Source: Parcubacteria bacterium C7867-004
GTDB taxonomy: Bacteria > Patescibacteriota > Minisyncoccia > Phycocordibacterales > Phycocordibacteraceae
Length of the DNA stretch: 64,000 bases
Assembly: GCA_001189075.1 (NCBI GenBank)
Contig: LFCN01000006.1
Coordinates: 460,866 to 524,865, forward strand
Reading direction: 5' to 3'
Positions 1 through 9,278 of this stretch are shown here, one piece after another. Made by a program: the position numbers and the translations under genes. The stretch's first letter is position 1; each line of letters opens with the position of its first letter. The notes beneath the pieces were generated by a model. That model was not told where the DNA came from, did no database searches, and worked only from the letters and a program-made list of their open reading frames with translations.

Positions 1-801
1 ACCATGCATCTTCTATATGCACGCTTCTTCCAGAAAGCGCTCTATGATCTTGCACTCGTCCCAACGAGCGAACCGTTCAACGAGCGATTCAACCGCGGTC
101 TCATACTCGGGCCCGACGGCGCGAAGATGTCGAAGTCGAAAGGGAACGTCGTTAACCCAGATGAGTTCGTCGGGAAATACGGCGCTGACGCCGTACGCAT
201 GTATCTCGCCTTTATCGGTCCGTATAACGAACCGGGTAGTTATCCATGGAGTCTCGAAGGCGTGTTCGCGATGCGTAAGTTCCTCGACCGCGTCTTTCAA
301 TTGCGTGAGCGTATCGAGGATACCGAGGCGAGCAACGAAGAGCGTCTGCAGCTCGACAAAGCGATTCAGAAAGTCGATACAGATACCGAACGATTCAAAT
401 TCAACACGGCGATATCAGGACTGATGGTGCTGGTGCGTGAACTCGAGAAGCAGGAGCATGTTTCTCGTTCGGTATATCAGGACCTCCTTCGGCTTCTCGC
501 GCCGTATGCGCCGCACCTCGCCGACAGCGTATGGCAAGAGGTGGGCGGAGAGGAGGAGAGTGTGCACCAGGCATTATGGCCAGAAGCGGGAGCAAGAGAC
601 GCGGTGACGGCTCCCCTTATCGTCCAGGTGAACGGAAAAAGGCGCGGAGAGGTGCATGTCGACCTGTCCGCAACCGAGGAAGAGGTGCTTGCAGCTGCTC
701 GAGGGATCGAGACTGTCGCCAAAGCTCTTCATGAAGGCACGCTCATGAGGACGGTTTACGTCAAAGGGCGTATTCTCAACCTGGTGATAACTCAGATTTG
801 A
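1..801 (+). CDS. leuS: Leucine--tRNA ligase, C-terminal part (5' end outside window)
   Basis: HLLYARF, KMSKS, YGADAVR, FNTAIS and VQVNGK motifs. Confidence 0.95.
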   Translation, partial: TMHLLYARFFQKALYDLALVPTSEPFNERFNRGLILGPDGAKMSKSKGNVVNPDEFVGKYGADAVRMYLAFIGPYNEPGSYPWSLEGVFAMRKFLDRVFQLRERIEDTEASNEERLQLDKAIQKVDTDTERFKFNTAISGLMVLVRELEKQEHVSRSVYQDLLRLLAPYAPHLADSVWQEVGGEEESVHQALWPEAGARDAVTAPLIVQVNGKRRGEVHVDLSATEEEVLAAARGIETVAKALHEGTLMRTVYVKGRILNLVITQI

Positions 802-843
802 CTTAAAATGGGCATTCTGGTATAAGAAGAACACACATTATCT

Positions 844-1917
844 ATGGCGAAATCAACGAAACCGGCACCAAAAGCCACCAAGAAGAAGGCGAAAGCCGAG
901 CTCTCGTTCGACACTCAGGCACTGGTAAAGCGCCTTCTTGCGGAGGTTCCTGAGCGTGCCCGCGAGGTTCTTACCTATCGGTTCGGACTCGGCACCTCGA
1001 GCTCCCGCGATACCCTCGAGGCCATCGGCGAGCGCTGGAGCATCACGCGTGAGCGTGTTCGCCAGATAGAAGCGGCCGGAATCGAGTCCATCCGCGCAAG
1101 CAAAGGCTTCAAGGATTCCCAGGACTCCTTCAAGGAGCTTTCTGCTCACATTGAGTCTCTCGGCGGCATCGTCCCTGAAGATGTTCTCCTTGCCGGACTC
1201 GCTACTGATGAGAAGACTCGGAACCGTTTCCGCTTCCTCCTCGTTGTCGGGAGCTCGTTCTTCCGCGAGCGCGAGACCGATGATTTCTACGCGCGCTGGC
1301 ACGTCGACCACAAGACCGCCGAAGCGGTCCATGGCGCGCTCTCCCGCCTCTACGAGTCCCTCGACGACGCAGAGGTCCTTTCCGAAGGCGATATCGTCAA
1401 CCGCTTCCTCGACGAGCTCAAGGGCGTGAACAGCGCGTACCAGAACGAGGAGATCCTCAAGCGTTGGCTCACCATCTCAAAGACGATCGGCTCGAACCCT
1501 CTCGCCGAATGGGGACGCGCGAACGCTCCGGCGATCCGCACGAAGGGTATCCGCGACTACGCATACCTCGTGATCAAGCAGAAGGGAGAACCGATGCACT
1601 TCGCTGACGTGGCAAAGGCGATCGTCACCGTCTTCAACAAGAAGGCGCACGTCGCGACCACACACAACGAGCTCATCAAGGATTCCCGTTTCGTGCTCGT
1701 GGGTCGCGGCCTCTACGCGCTCGCAGAATGGGGCTACTCTCCGGGCGTCGTACGCGATGTCATCCGTACCGTGCTCGCGAAGAAGTCGCTTACCCGCGAA
1801 GAAGTTATCAAGGAGGTAAAGAAGGTCCGCTACGTTAAGGACAACACCATCCTCGTTAACCTTGGCGATACTCGTCACTTCAAGCGGCTCAAGGACGGCA
1901 CGTACAGCGTCGCATAA
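844..1917 (+). CDS. Sigma-70 region-4-like HTH protein with C-terminal winged HTH (HARE-HTH-like)
   Basis: TLEAIG..ITRERVRQIE region-4 motif, no region 2; TTGACT-17-TATAAG promoter upstream. Confidence 0.75.
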   Translation: MAKSTKPAPKATKKKAKAELSFDTQALVKRLLAEVPERAREVLTYRFGLGTSSSRDTLEAIGERWSITRERVRQIEAAGIESIRASKGFKDSQDSFKELSAHIESLGGIVPEDVLLAGLATDEKTRNRFRFLLVVGSSFFRERETDDFYARWHVDHKTAEAVHGALSRLYESLDDAEVLSEGDIVNRFLDELKGVNSAYQNEEILKRWLTISKTIGSNPLAEWGRANAPAIRTKGIRDYAYLVIKQKGEPMHFADVAKAIVTVFNKKAHVATTHNELIKDSRFVLVGRGLYALAEWGYSPGVVRDVIRTVLAKKSLTREEVIKEVKKVRYVKDNTILVNLGDTRHFKRLKDGTYSVA

Positions 1918-1931
1918 CATTTCATTGCGCA

Positions 1932-1967
1932 CAGAACGCCCCGCATCAAGCGGGGCGTTCTGCTTTT
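1932..1967 (+). terminator. Rho-independent terminator
   Basis: CAGAACGCCCCGC/GCGGGGCGTTCTG stem followed by T tract. Confidence 0.8.
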
Positions 1968-1985
1968 AGTTGCTATACTCAAGTC

Positions 1986-3383
1986 ATGTCATCAGGAGGC
2001 GGACACGGCGGGGGACTGCCCGGCTTAAGTATCATCGAAGGATGGCTCGGCGGCGCGCATGCCGAGGGCGGGTTCACCGCGGAAGGAAAATACTTCATGA
2101 TCGCCGGCGCTGCCGAGGTTATCTCGTTCTTCATGGTGGCGCCCGCGCAGTCCGTTACCAACTTCGAGTTCCTCCTCTTCGTCTCGCCGCTCTGGATTCC
2201 GGTCCTTCTCGCCCACTTCGCGTACTTGCGGTACTGGCAGGCAGGCAAGGTTGAATTCATCGCGAAGCAAGCGAAAGTACTGCTCGAGATCAAGCTCCCA
2301 CGCGAAAGCACCAAGACGCCGCTCTCGATGGAGATATTCTTCTCGAACATCGCACTCGCATCCGGAGAAGCGACCTGGTACAAACGTCTCATTCAGGGAC
2401 GTTCACGTCCGACGTGGTCGTTCGAGCTCGTGTCGCTCGGCGGGCGTGTCCACTTGTATGTCTGGTGTCGCGCGGTGTTCAGGCGCGCACTCGAGAGCTT
2501 CATGTACGCGCAGTACCCGGGCGTAGAGATCATCGAAGCAGTCGACTACAGCCGTCTCATCGATCCGACCCATGAGCCGTACCAGATGGCGGCTTTTGAA
2601 TACCTACACACTAATCCAGTTGATGCGTACCCCATAAAGACGTATGTCGAATTCGGACTCGACAAGCCACAGAAGCCAGAGGAACAAACGGATCCCATGG
2701 CGCAGATGCTCGAGACGCTCGGCTCGCTCGGACCCAAGGAGCAGATGTGGATCCAGTTCGTTATTCGTTCGACCAAATATGAGAAATACGAGGGACGCAA
2801 GAACAAAGCCGGAAAGCAGTACACCTGGAAAGACGAAGGGAAAGAAGAGATCGAGAAAATCCGCGAATCATTGGTTACCAAGAGTGAATACGTGGATCCT
2901 GCAACGGGTAAGATGGTCTCGACAAAGGGATTTCCGAACCCTACGGAAGGCGATAAGGATCGTATCAAGGCAATCGAGCAGAATATTGGAAAGACCGCAT
3001 TCGATGTCGGCATCCGCACCATCTACTGCGCACCGAGCGATGCCTATCACAAGAGTATGGGCTCCATAACGAGCAACCTGTTCAAGCCGTTCAACTCGGA
3101 GAAGTACAACGGACTCAAGCCGGGACAGCGATGGAGCGAGCACTTCAATGACTATCCGTGGGAAGACCCGGGAGGCCACCATCTCGCGCACGCGATGCAC
3201 TCGGTCTTGCACTTCTACCGCAGGCGCGCGTTCTTCTATCCGCCGTATATCGGCAAGTGGAACACGATGAGCGTCGAAGAACTCGCGACCCTCATCCACA
3301 TCCCATCGAGTGTGGTTACGACACCGTCTCTGGATCGCATACAGTCTTCGTCTGCTGAGGCGCCTCCGAACCTCCCTACGTAA
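1986..3383 (+). CDS. Conserved hypothetical membrane-anchored protein
   Basis: 465 aa ORF, N-terminal TM segments, LLEIKLP / YAQYP / EELATL.H.P motifs recalled from CPR proteins. Confidence 0.65.
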   Translation: MSSGGGHGGGLPGLSIIEGWLGGAHAEGGFTAEGKYFMIAGAAEVISFFMVAPAQSVTNFEFLLFVSPLWIPVLLAHFAYLRYWQAGKVEFIAKQAKVLLEIKLPRESTKTPLSMEIFFSNIALASGEATWYKRLIQGRSRPTWSFELVSLGGRVHLYVWCRAVFRRALESFMYAQYPGVEIIEAVDYSRLIDPTHEPYQMAAFEYLHTNPVDAYPIKTYVEFGLDKPQKPEEQTDPMAQMLETLGSLGPKEQMWIQFVIRSTKYEKYEGRKNKAGKQYTWKDEGKEEIEKIRESLVTKSEYVDPATGKMVSTKGFPNPTEGDKDRIKAIEQNIGKTAFDVGIRTIYCAPSDAYHKSMGSITSNLFKPFNSEKYNGLKPGQRWSEHFNDYPWEDPGGHHLAHAMHSVLHFYRRRAFFYPPYIGKWNTMSVEELATLIHIPSSVVTTPSLDRIQSSSAEAPPNLPT

Positions 3384-3439
3384 GAGATACAAGAAGCCCT
3401 GCCTAGCGGGGCTTCTTGCTGGTGTGATATACCGAATAC

Positions 3440-4477
3440 ATGGAAAACGTTCGAGGAAAACGTGTGTTTGTGGGACTCTCAGGCGGCGTTGATTCCGCCG
3501 TGTCAGCCGCCCTGCTCAAAGAGGCCGGTGCACGCGTTACCGGGGTATTCATCAAGGGGTGGTACCCACCTGGGATGCCCTGCACCTGGAGCGAGGACCG
3601 GAAAGACGCGATGCGCGTTGCCGCGCGCTTGGGTATACCGTTCGTGACGCTCGACGCATCTGAGGAGTATAAGAAGGGCGTTATCGATTATCTGCTGCGC
3701 GAGTATCGGGCCGGGCGTACCCCTAATCCGGATGTGATGTGCAACCGGGAAGTTAAGTTCGGTGCGTTCGTTCGCTTTGCCAGAGAGCATGGCGCGGATC
3801 TGATTGCGACCGGGCACTATGCACGACTTGAGCAGGGAGCATTGCTGCGCGGCGTACATGAAGAGAAGGATCAAAGCTATTTCTTGTGGGCCGTTCCGAA
3901 GGAGGCGCTCGCCATGACCCTATTTCCGGTGGGGAGCCTATCGAAGGAGAAGACCCGCGCACTGGCGACTCGATTCAACCTGCCAAACGCCGCTAAGCGC
4001 GATAGCCAAGGAATCTGCTTCCTCGGTACGGTCTCGGTCGAGGACTTCCTTCGTTCTGAGTTCTCGCCTGAGCAAGGGAAAGCTTATGATACTGCGGGTA
4101 CTGAGGTAGGTTCGCATTCGGGAAGCACCCTGCATACCATCGGGGAGCGGATCGCGCTAACGAAAGCGGCCCCAGGGCCCTGGTACGTTGTCTCAAAGGA
4201 CCTGGCTGCCAATTCGCTTATCGTATCGAATGAGCACATGCTCCGTACCGAAAGAAAGAACATTGCTCTTGAGGAGAGCAATTGGATTTCCGATATAACG
4301 CAGGGCGAGAATCTTTGCGCGCAGTACCGCTATCACGGTCCTCGGATCACCGGAACGCTCTCGAAGGATCGCTCGGCATTCCTTCCTGACGGGGATCTTC
4401 CGGAGGTGCTCGCGGCTGGCCAGTCGCTCGTGCTGTACCGCGGGGATCAGCTCGTAGGCGGTGCTATTATGAGCTGA
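3440..4477 (+). CDS. mnmA: tRNA 2-thiouridylase MnmA
   Basis: SGGVDS PP-loop, TPNPDVMCN, ATGHY, KDQSYFL, DSQGICF. Confidence 0.95.
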   Translation: MENVRGKRVFVGLSGGVDSAVSAALLKEAGARVTGVFIKGWYPPGMPCTWSEDRKDAMRVAARLGIPFVTLDASEEYKKGVIDYLLREYRAGRTPNPDVMCNREVKFGAFVRFAREHGADLIATGHYARLEQGALLRGVHEEKDQSYFLWAVPKEALAMTLFPVGSLSKEKTRALATRFNLPNAAKRDSQGICFLGTVSVEDFLRSEFSPEQGKAYDTAGTEVGSHSGSTLHTIGERIALTKAAPGPWYVVSKDLAANSLIVSNEHMLRTERKNIALEESNWISDITQGENLCAQYRYHGPRITGTLSKDRSAFLPDGDLPEVLAAGQSLVLYRGDQLVGGAIMS

Positions 4478-5307
4478 TGCCAGCTGAAATAGTTAAGACT
4501 GACGGATCAATCGAGATGTTCGATGGATCAAAGCTCATGGACTCATTGATGCGCGCAGGTGCTCGGGAGCCCGTAGCCGAGCGCATCAGGCGTACGATCG
4601 AGGCATCCATAAGCCCGATGGCTGAGAGTAACGAGATCTACAAGCGCGCATTCCAGATGCTGCGCCACGACAGCCGTCCCTCGGCGGCGCGATACAGCCT
4701 CAGGCGTGCACTCTTCGAGTTCGGCCCGTCAGGTCATCCCTTCGAGGACTTCGTCGCTGAGCTCTTCCGTGCGGAGGGATGGACGGTTGCCGATCGTCAG
4801 ACCATCCAAGGGAAGTGCGTCTCGCATGAAGTCGATATCTATGCGACGCGCGGCGGAGAGTGCCTTGCTGGAGAACTTAAGTATCACAACAATCCGGGCT
4901 ACAAGACCGACGTTAAAGTAGCGCTATATGTCAAAGCGCGGCTCGACGATATCTGGGCTGCGGCATCAGATACGAAAAAGGAGGCACGGGTCGACCACGG
5001 ATTCCTCATAACTAACACTAAGTTTACGCGCGACGCGATACAGTTCGCTACCTGCTCGGGCATCAATCTGCTCGGATGGAGCTACCCGCACGAAGGCAAT
5101 CTCTATGACCGCATAGTCGCAGCCGGCCTCTATCCCATAACCGCGCTTACCCTCATCAAAAAGGCCGAGAAACGGCTCCTTATAGACCGCAATATCGTTA
5201 CCTGTGCACAGATCCGACAGAACCGTGATGCGCTCCGGGAGCTCGGCATCCCTCCTGAGCGTATCGGCGCAATTCTCGCTGAGGCGGGCACGCTCTGCGG
5301 AAGCTGA
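4477..5307 (+). CDS. ATP-cone + Mrr-like restriction endonuclease domain protein
   Basis: N-terminal IVKTDGSIEMFD..KL ATP-cone; G.PFE..V, HEVD..A, ELK, TNTKFT..A nuclease motifs. Confidence 0.75.
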   Translation: MPAEIVKTDGSIEMFDGSKLMDSLMRAGAREPVAERIRRTIEASISPMAESNEIYKRAFQMLRHDSRPSAARYSLRRALFEFGPSGHPFEDFVAELFRAEGWTVADRQTIQGKCVSHEVDIYATRGGECLAGELKYHNNPGYKTDVKVALYVKARLDDIWAAASDTKKEARVDHGFLITNTKFTRDAIQFATCSGINLLGWSYPHEGNLYDRIVAAGLYPITALTLIKKAEKRLLIDRNIVTCAQIRQNRDALRELGIPPERIGAILAEAGTLCGS

Positions 5308-5319
5308 TAGACTGAACGC

Positions 5320-6102
5320 ATGAGCGACTTCAAGCGATATAACCCTAACCGGAGTGCGGATTGGAATTACGGCGGAAAGAAATGGCGATTGTCCCGCTCG
5401 AAGATAGAGTTCTTCGTCGAGTGTCCCCGCTGCTTCTATATCGATAACAAACTCGGAACCAAACGCCCCGGGTATCCTGAGTTCACCCTCAACAAGGCGG
5501 TTGATACTCTATTCAAGAAGGAATTTGATGCACACCGAAAAGCGGCAACCGCGCATCCGCTCATGGATAAGTATGAGATTAAAGCAGTTCCGTTCGTGCA
5601 TGCGAAGATGGATACCTGGCGAGAGAACTTCGAGGGAGTCGAGTATACGCACCCTGCAACCGGCTTCGTTATCTCAGGCGCAGTCGACGACATCTGGGTT
5701 GCTGAGAATGGGGAGCTCATCGTCGTCGATTACAAATCCACCTCGAAGCCGGGCAGTATAGAGACGCTTGGAGACTCGAGCTGGAACGAGCAGTACCGCC
5801 GCCAGATGGGTATCTATCAATGGCTCCTCCGTAATAACGGATTCCAGGTCTCCCCGATGGGATACCTGGTCTACGCCAATGCATATGACGACAAGGAAGC
5901 GTTCGATGGGAAGCTCGAGTTCGAGGTTACGGTTGTCGAGTGCGAAGGACAGTCGGAGTGGATCGAGGAGATCCTCCCGCGGATCAAAGAGACACTCGAG
6001 AGCGATGCTATCCCCCCATCAGGCGACGCCTGCGAGTTCTGCCCGTACCGCGAAGCTGCCGGAAAGAAGCTGCTCGCACTCCACAAGGCAGCGAAGAAAT
6101 AG
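5320..6102 (+). CDS. PD-(D/E)XK nuclease (RecB/Cas4-like)
   Basis: LSRSK..CPRCF, GAVDD, VVDYK, Q..IY, C-terminal CEFCPY. Confidence 0.85.
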   Translation: MSDFKRYNPNRSADWNYGGKKWRLSRSKIEFFVECPRCFYIDNKLGTKRPGYPEFTLNKAVDTLFKKEFDAHRKAATAHPLMDKYEIKAVPFVHAKMDTWRENFEGVEYTHPATGFVISGAVDDIWVAENGELIVVDYKSTSKPGSIETLGDSSWNEQYRRQMGIYQWLLRNNGFQVSPMGYLVYANAYDDKEAFDGKLEFEVTVVECEGQSEWIEEILPRIKETLESDAIPPSGDACEFCPYREAAGKKLLALHKAAKK

Positions 6103-6107
6103 CTCGT

Positions 6108-6776
6108 ATGCAGGTGCGTATAGAAGAGTCGTGGAAAGAAAAGCTCAAAGGAGAGTTCGAGCAGGAGTATTTCAGACAGCTTACGCGCTTCGTCAAAGAC
6201 GAATACGAGAAGGGGACAGTGTATCCCGCTCCTCAGAACATATTCAGAGCGTTTGAACTCACCCCATTTGAGGAGGTGAAGGTAGTCATTCTCGGCCAGG
6301 ATCCGTATCACGGACCGAGACAGGCGATCGGCTTATCGTTCGCGGTTGATACGGGCATACCGCTGCCTCCTTCGTTACGGAACATATACAAAGAGATCGA
6401 AGACGACCTCGGCACGCCGGTTGAGCATGCCGATGGCGATCTGTCTCGCTGGGCTTCGCAAGGCGTACTGTTACTGAACGCGACGCTAACCGTGCGCGCA
6501 CGATCTGCAGGTTCGCACCAGGGAAAGGGGTGGGAGCAGTTCACCGATGCGGTTATAAAGGCACTCTCTGAGGAGCGAGAGCATCTCGTATTCATACTCT
6601 GGGGCAACTATGCGAAAGCCAAGGGCGCGCATATCGATCGTACGAAGCATCTGGTTATCGAATCCGCGCATCCCTCGCCATTCTCCGCCTCAAGCGGTTT
6701 CTTCGGGAGCAAACCGTTCAGCAAGACGAACGAGTATCTCAATGAGCAGAACAAAAGAGCTGTCGAATGGATATAA
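6108..6776 (+). CDS. ung: Uracil-DNA glycosylase family 1
   Basis: GQDPYH, PPSLRNI, VLLLN, HPSP motifs; start moved to ATG 6108. Confidence 0.95.
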   Translation: MQVRIEESWKEKLKGEFEQEYFRQLTRFVKDEYEKGTVYPAPQNIFRAFELTPFEEVKVVILGQDPYHGPRQAIGLSFAVDTGIPLPPSLRNIYKEIEDDLGTPVEHADGDLSRWASQGVLLLNATLTVRARSAGSHQGKGWEQFTDAVIKALSEEREHLVFILWGNYAKAKGAHIDRTKHLVIESAHPSPFSASSGFFGSKPFSKTNEYLNEQNKRAVEWI

Positions 6777-6839
6777 GTCGTGTGAAAGAACTGTGAATAA
6801 CCCACTTGTACACGCGAACGCATGCTACGGTAATCGCAT

Positions 6840-7223
6840 ATGGAAATATTTCTTGCAAAACTCTTGGGCGTGTACTTCGTTATTATCGGCATCATTGTGC
6901 TTGCTCGTCAGAAGGCGGTTATCCCGACTCTCAAGGAACTCTCAAAGAGCCGCGCACTACTTCTCGTCGTCGCAGCGGTTGAGCTCGCGGCCGGTATCGG
7001 ACTCGTGCTGACCTACCCGACGGTATCAGTCAGCCTTGTGGGCGTGTTCTCTGTTATCGGTTACATGATGGTCATCGAGGCGATAATCTACCTCGCTGCT
7101 CCGTCTAAGTTCGTGCAGAAGCTCATCGGATCCTTCAACACGCCATCATGGCACCTTTCAGGAGGCGTCGTCGCGCTTGTCGCAGGCGCATTCCTCGCAG
7201 GTACGGGCTTCGGCTACTTCTAG
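6840..7223 (+). CDS. Small 4-TM membrane protein
   Basis: Four hydrophobic segments in 127 aa. Confidence 0.7.
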   Translation: MEIFLAKLLGVYFVIIGIIVLARQKAVIPTLKELSKSRALLLVVAAVELAAGIGLVLTYPTVSVSLVGVFSVIGYMMVIEAIIYLAAPSKFVQKLIGSFNTPSWHLSGGVVALVAGAFLAGTGFGYF

Positions 7224-7236
7224 TATCAAGTATGCA

Positions 7237-7270
7237 AGTAAAAGGCCCCGCTTCCGCGGGGCTTTTTACT
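7237..7270. terminator. Bidirectional terminator between convergent genes
   Basis: AAAAGGCCCCGC..GCGGGGCTTTTT. Confidence 0.75.
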
Positions 7271-9242
7271 ACCAGACCATCTCCCGGTCTTTCGCAAGAC
7301 GGTAGAGCTTGTCCGTTTTCGTAAGACCGTACGCTTCATAGAACGGCTCGAAGTTTGAGAGCGGTCCATTAATACGGAAGAGTCCTGGCGAGTGCGGGTC
7401 CGTGAGTACCTGCATCTTCTCGAATTCGGGACGAGCATTCTCACGCTCGAACAAGGAGAATCCGAGAAAGAAGCGCTGTTCGGGAGTAAGGCCGTCGATA
7501 TCCTTCCGGCCAGTCCGCCCAAGGTGCTGCTGGTACGCATCGAACGCAATGGAGAGCCCGCCCAGATCAGCGATATTCTCGCCAAGCGTGAGCTTGCCGT
7601 TAACGTGTACGCCGTCCGCAACTTCGTACGTATCGAACTGCTTCTCGACTTTCTTTGCTTTAGCTTCGAAGCGTTTGCGATCTTCAGTGCTCCACCAGCT
7701 CTTCAGGTTTCCTTTGGCATCGAACTTCGATCCTTCGTCATCGAATCCGTGGGTTATCTCATGCCCGATAACCGTGCCTATCGCGCCGTAATTCATTGCG
7801 TCATCGTTCGTAAAGCTGAAGAACGGTGGCTGCAGGATAGCAGCAGGGAAGAGCATCTCGTTCATGTTCGGATCGTAGAACGCGTTCACCGTCTGCGGCG
7901 AGCAGTACCATTCCGTGCGGTCGACGGGCTTTAGGAGTTTCCGCATCGCGCGGCGGTGCTCGTATTCGTTCGTGCGGATGATATTCCCCACATAGTCGTC
8001 GGCACGGATAACGAGTCCTGCGAATGAGCGCCATTTATCCGGATATCCGATCTTGCGATTGAACGCGCCAAGCTTCTGAAGGGCTTTTTTCTTCGTTGCG
8101 GGAGTCATCCAGTCGAGCGAGCGGATCCTTGCTTCGTAGGCGGCAAAAAGATCATCAACAAGTTCGTTCATCTTCTTCTTCGCCTCTTTTGTGAAATGCT
8201 TTTTGACATAGAGCTGCCCGATGAGCTCGCCGAGGTTCCCGTTCACCACGCCGAGCACGCGGCGCCAGAGCGGCTTCATAGCGGTCATGCCCGTGAGTAC
8301 CGTGCCGTAGAAGGAGAAGCTCTGCTTGATGAACGGGTCAGAGAGCGCGCCGGCGAAATCGTTCACGACATGAAAGGCGAGGTACGTCTTCCATTCAGCG
8401 AGCGGTACCGACTCAAGCATCAGGCTCGTCTTTATGAGGAAGTCGGGCTGCATGACGATAAGGTACGGAGCCTTATCGCCCTGCGTGAGCTTCAAATACC
8501 GATCCCAGTCCGTGCTTGGTGCGAGCTTCCGGAGAGCGGCTCGTGACATCTTGTGATACGTCTTGTCCGGATCACGCATCTCTTCCTTCTTCATCGAAGC
8601 CTTGGCGAGGACAGTCTCGATTTTCATAACCGCTTCGCGCGCCTCGATCGCTTGCTTCTTGGTATGTCCCATGAGGACAAAGAGCTTTTCGATATGGATC
8701 ACGTAGCCCTCGCGTATGCGCTTCGACTCCGCATCGTCCTTGAGGTAGTAGTCGCGATCAGGAAGTCCGAGGCCATCCTGAAACAGATGGAGTGCGTACC
8801 TCTCGGCATTCTTTGAGTCTTGTCCGACGCCTGAGCCCCAGACGACCCCGACCCCGATGCGGTGCAGGTGGGCAATAACCGATAGGAGATCGTCAGCGTC
8901 TTTCAGTGCTTCGATCTTCCTGAGGAGTTGCGCGAGCGGAGAAAGGCTGAGTTCGTTCCGTCGCTCCATATCCATGCCGGAACGGTAGAAGTCGCGGATG
9001 GTACGGTCGGGGCTCTTTGCGGGAAGCGAGCGCTTCCCGTCGAGCTCATCCAGAAGTGACCGCAGCTTCTTATCAGTCTCATACCTGAGGACCGTGAACG
9101 TGCCCCAACGCGACTCGTTCTTCGGGATTGGGTTCGCGTCCATCCATTTCCGGTTCGCATAGTGATAGAAGTCGTCCTGCGGGCGGATAGACGGTGTAAG
9201 CTCGCGAACGTCGTAGCCCCATGATGCCTTTTTCATAGCCAT
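7269..9242 (-). CDS. pepO: M13 family metalloendopeptidase (PepO-like)
   Basis: VNAFY, HEITHGFD, ENIADLGG, DPHSP. Confidence 0.93.
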   Translation of the reverse strand: MAMKKASWGYDVRELTPSIRPQDDFYHYANRKWMDANPIPKNESRWGTFTVLRYETDKKLRSLLDELDGKRSLPAKSPDRTIRDFYRSGMDMERRNELSLSPLAQLLRKIEALKDADDLLSVIAHLHRIGVGVVWGSGVGQDSKNAERYALHLFQDGLGLPDRDYYLKDDAESKRIREGYVIHIEKLFVLMGHTKKQAIEAREAVMKIETVLAKASMKKEEMRDPDKTYHKMSRAALRKLAPSTDWDRYLKLTQGDKAPYLIVMQPDFLIKTSLMLESVPLAEWKTYLAFHVVNDFAGALSDPFIKQSFSFYGTVLTGMTAMKPLWRRVLGVVNGNLGELIGQLYVKKHFTKEAKKKMNELVDDLFAAYEARIRSLDWMTPATKKKALQKLGAFNRKIGYPDKWRSFAGLVIRADDYVGNIIRTNEYEHRRAMRKLLKPVDRTEWYCSPQTVNAFYDPNMNEMLFPAAILQPPFFSFTNDDAMNYGAIGTVIGHEITHGFDDEGSKFDAKGNLKSWWSTEDRKRFEAKAKKVEKQFDTYEVADGVHVNGKLTLGENIADLGGLSIAFDAYQQHLGRTGRKDIDGLTPEQRFFLGFSLFERENARPEFEKMQVLTDPHSPGLFRINGPLSNFEPFYEAYGLTKTDKLYRLAKDREMVW

Positions 9243-9278
9243 ATAGCGCAGTATATCGAACGTGGTATCTTCTTACTA

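Noticed and set aside
5320-6102. Cas4 / CRISPR system
   Set aside because: No repeat-spacer array or other cas genes in the window.
6770-6810. DnaA-box-like TGTGAATAA as oriC
   Set aside because: Only one good box in a short spacer, and no dnaA or unwinding region nearby.
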